NCBI GenBank assembly: GCA_045805065.1
Contig: JBJMMA010000248.1
Coordinates: forward strand, 1 to 26,166
DNA: 26,166 nucleotides
Source: Bdellovibrionia bacterium
GTDB lineage: Bacteria; Bdellovibrionota; UBA1018
Direction: 5' to 3'
Shown piece by piece: positions 25,545 to 26,166 of this stretch. The position numbers and the translations under genes are program-made. The notes beneath the pieces were generated by a model. The model ran no database searches and was not told the DNA's origin. It saw nothing but the letters and a program-made list of their open reading frames with translations. How positions within the stretch are numbered: position 1 is the first letter of the stretch; each line of letters starts with the position of its first letter.

Positions 25545-25739
25545 ATGGGCCAACCTAATCGAGCCACTCAAGGCAAACGAAACCGAGAAAAAGCCAAGCA
25601 GGAAAAACAAGCGGAGAAGCGCGACGACCGAGCAAGGCGCAAAGAAGAGCGCGGGAATCGGGCTCAGCAGATCGAGAACGGCGAGGATCCAGATATCGCT
25701 GGAATCATTCCTGGACCGCAGCATCCTCAAGAGGACTGA
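25545..25739 (+). CDS. Small basic Lys/Arg-rich hypothetical protein
   Basis: AAGGAAA RBS; highly charged helix followed by EDPDIAGIIPGPQ tail. Confidence 0.8.
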   Translation: MGQPNRATQGKRNREKAKQEKQAEKRDDRARRKEERGNRAQQIENGEDPDIAGIIPGPQHPQED

Positions 25740-25761
25740 AAGAGGACTGAAAGAGGACTGA
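25729..25761 (+). repeat. Perfect 11-bp tandem repeat x3 (AAGAGGACTGA)
   Basis: Copies at 25729, 25740 and 25751; the first supplies the stop codon of 25545..25739. Confidence 0.95.
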
Positions 25762-25813
25762 ACCCTGTCAGGGGTCTGCAGATCCTCGGCGTACATCCCA
25801 AAACTTTTAAAAT

Positions 25814-25849
25814 AAAAAAGCCCCCGACTGTGAAGTCGGAGGCTTTTTT
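25814..25849 (-). terminator. Intrinsic terminator downstream of tRNA-Ala (potentially bidirectional)
   Basis: AAAAAAGCCCCCGACT-gtga-AGTCGGAGGCTTTTTT; the single mismatch becomes a G-U pair on the minus strand. Confidence 0.85.
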
Positions 25850-25853
25850 AAAA

Positions 25854-25929
25854 TGGTGGACCTGAACGGGTTCGAACCGATGACATCCAGCTTGCAAAGC
25901 TGGCGCTCTACCAACTGAGCTACAGGCCC
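25854..25929 (-). tRNA. tRNA-Ala (anticodon TGC)
   Basis: GGGCCTGTAGCTCAGTTGGTAGAGCGCCAGCTTTGCAAGCTGGATGTCATCGGTTCGAACCCGTTCAGGTCCACCA: 76 nt, cloverleaf, G3:U70 identity pair, encoded CCA. Confidence 0.98.
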
Positions 25930-26031
25930 ACATCAGTTAGGTAGGTACTCTTATTAAGTTAAGCCGAGGCGAATGGCAAGAGGGTAAGTCATAGATTTGT
26001 TCATTTTTTCCTGCTAGCCATTAAGAACACC

Positions 26032-26166
26032 ATGTCTTTAACCGCTGAGAACTACACTAAGGGCTTTTTAGTCGATGAAGAATTGATGGGAGGGGTGACC
26101 ACCTCCCCTGAGCAGCCAGGCGTCCCAAGCGTTTACGTCGCCTACGTGCTCAATCATCTGACTGGA
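26032..26166 (+). CDS. Hypothetical protein (3' partial)
   Basis: ATG 26032 is open to the window end: MSLTAENYTKGFLVDEELMGGVTTSPEQPGVPSVYVAYVLNHLTG. Confidence 0.5.
   Translation, partial: MSLTAENYTKGFLVDEELMGGVTTSPEQPGVPSVYVAYVLNHLTG

Noticed and set aside
25729..25761. CRISPR-like repeat
   Set aside because: Units are 11 bp and contiguous with no spacers; no cas genes.
1..25853. Genomic island integrated at the tRNA-Ala 3' end
   Set aside because: No duplicate of the tRNA 3' end, integrase or obvious compositional break seen by eye; housekeeping genes (rlmF, ABC-F) lie inside.
25727..25933. 68-aa minus-strand ORF (and 25530..25796)
   Set aside because: Overlaps the tRNA-Ala and its terminator, or is antisense to the small basic protein.

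Overview
Gene-dense bacterial chromosomal window with about 25 CDS and a tRNA-Ala(TGC). I found no integrase, transposase, CRISPR array or rRNA. The gene families present (S74-chaperoned fibre, 2TM-HAMP-only protein, VWA lipoprotein, Ser/Pro-linker surface proteins) suggest a Bdellovibrionota/Oligoflexia-like organism; this is inference. Routine content: DedA, LysR-SDR pair, MarR-CLC operon, AraC(YqhC-like)-aldehyde dehydrogenase, a translationally coupled rlmF-DUF1456-DEAD-box operon, a fatty-acid desaturase, an ABC-F ATPase, a YciB/IspZ-like protein and a PlsC-type acyltransferase. The strongest candidate for an unusual system is 10006..12359 (-): a type IV prepilin N-terminus fused to a phage-like trimeric fibre with a C-terminal S74 autocleaving chaperone, coupled to an output-less HAMP membrane protein and followed by an exported CxxCH protein. 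Also notable are a secreted HxH/CxxC/Ser-Pro mosaic protein whose RBS lies inside a terminator hairpin, a CLC with substituted anion-site residues, a probably leaderless 37-aa four-CxxC microprotein, and an 11-bp triple repeat that places stop codons in all three frames.
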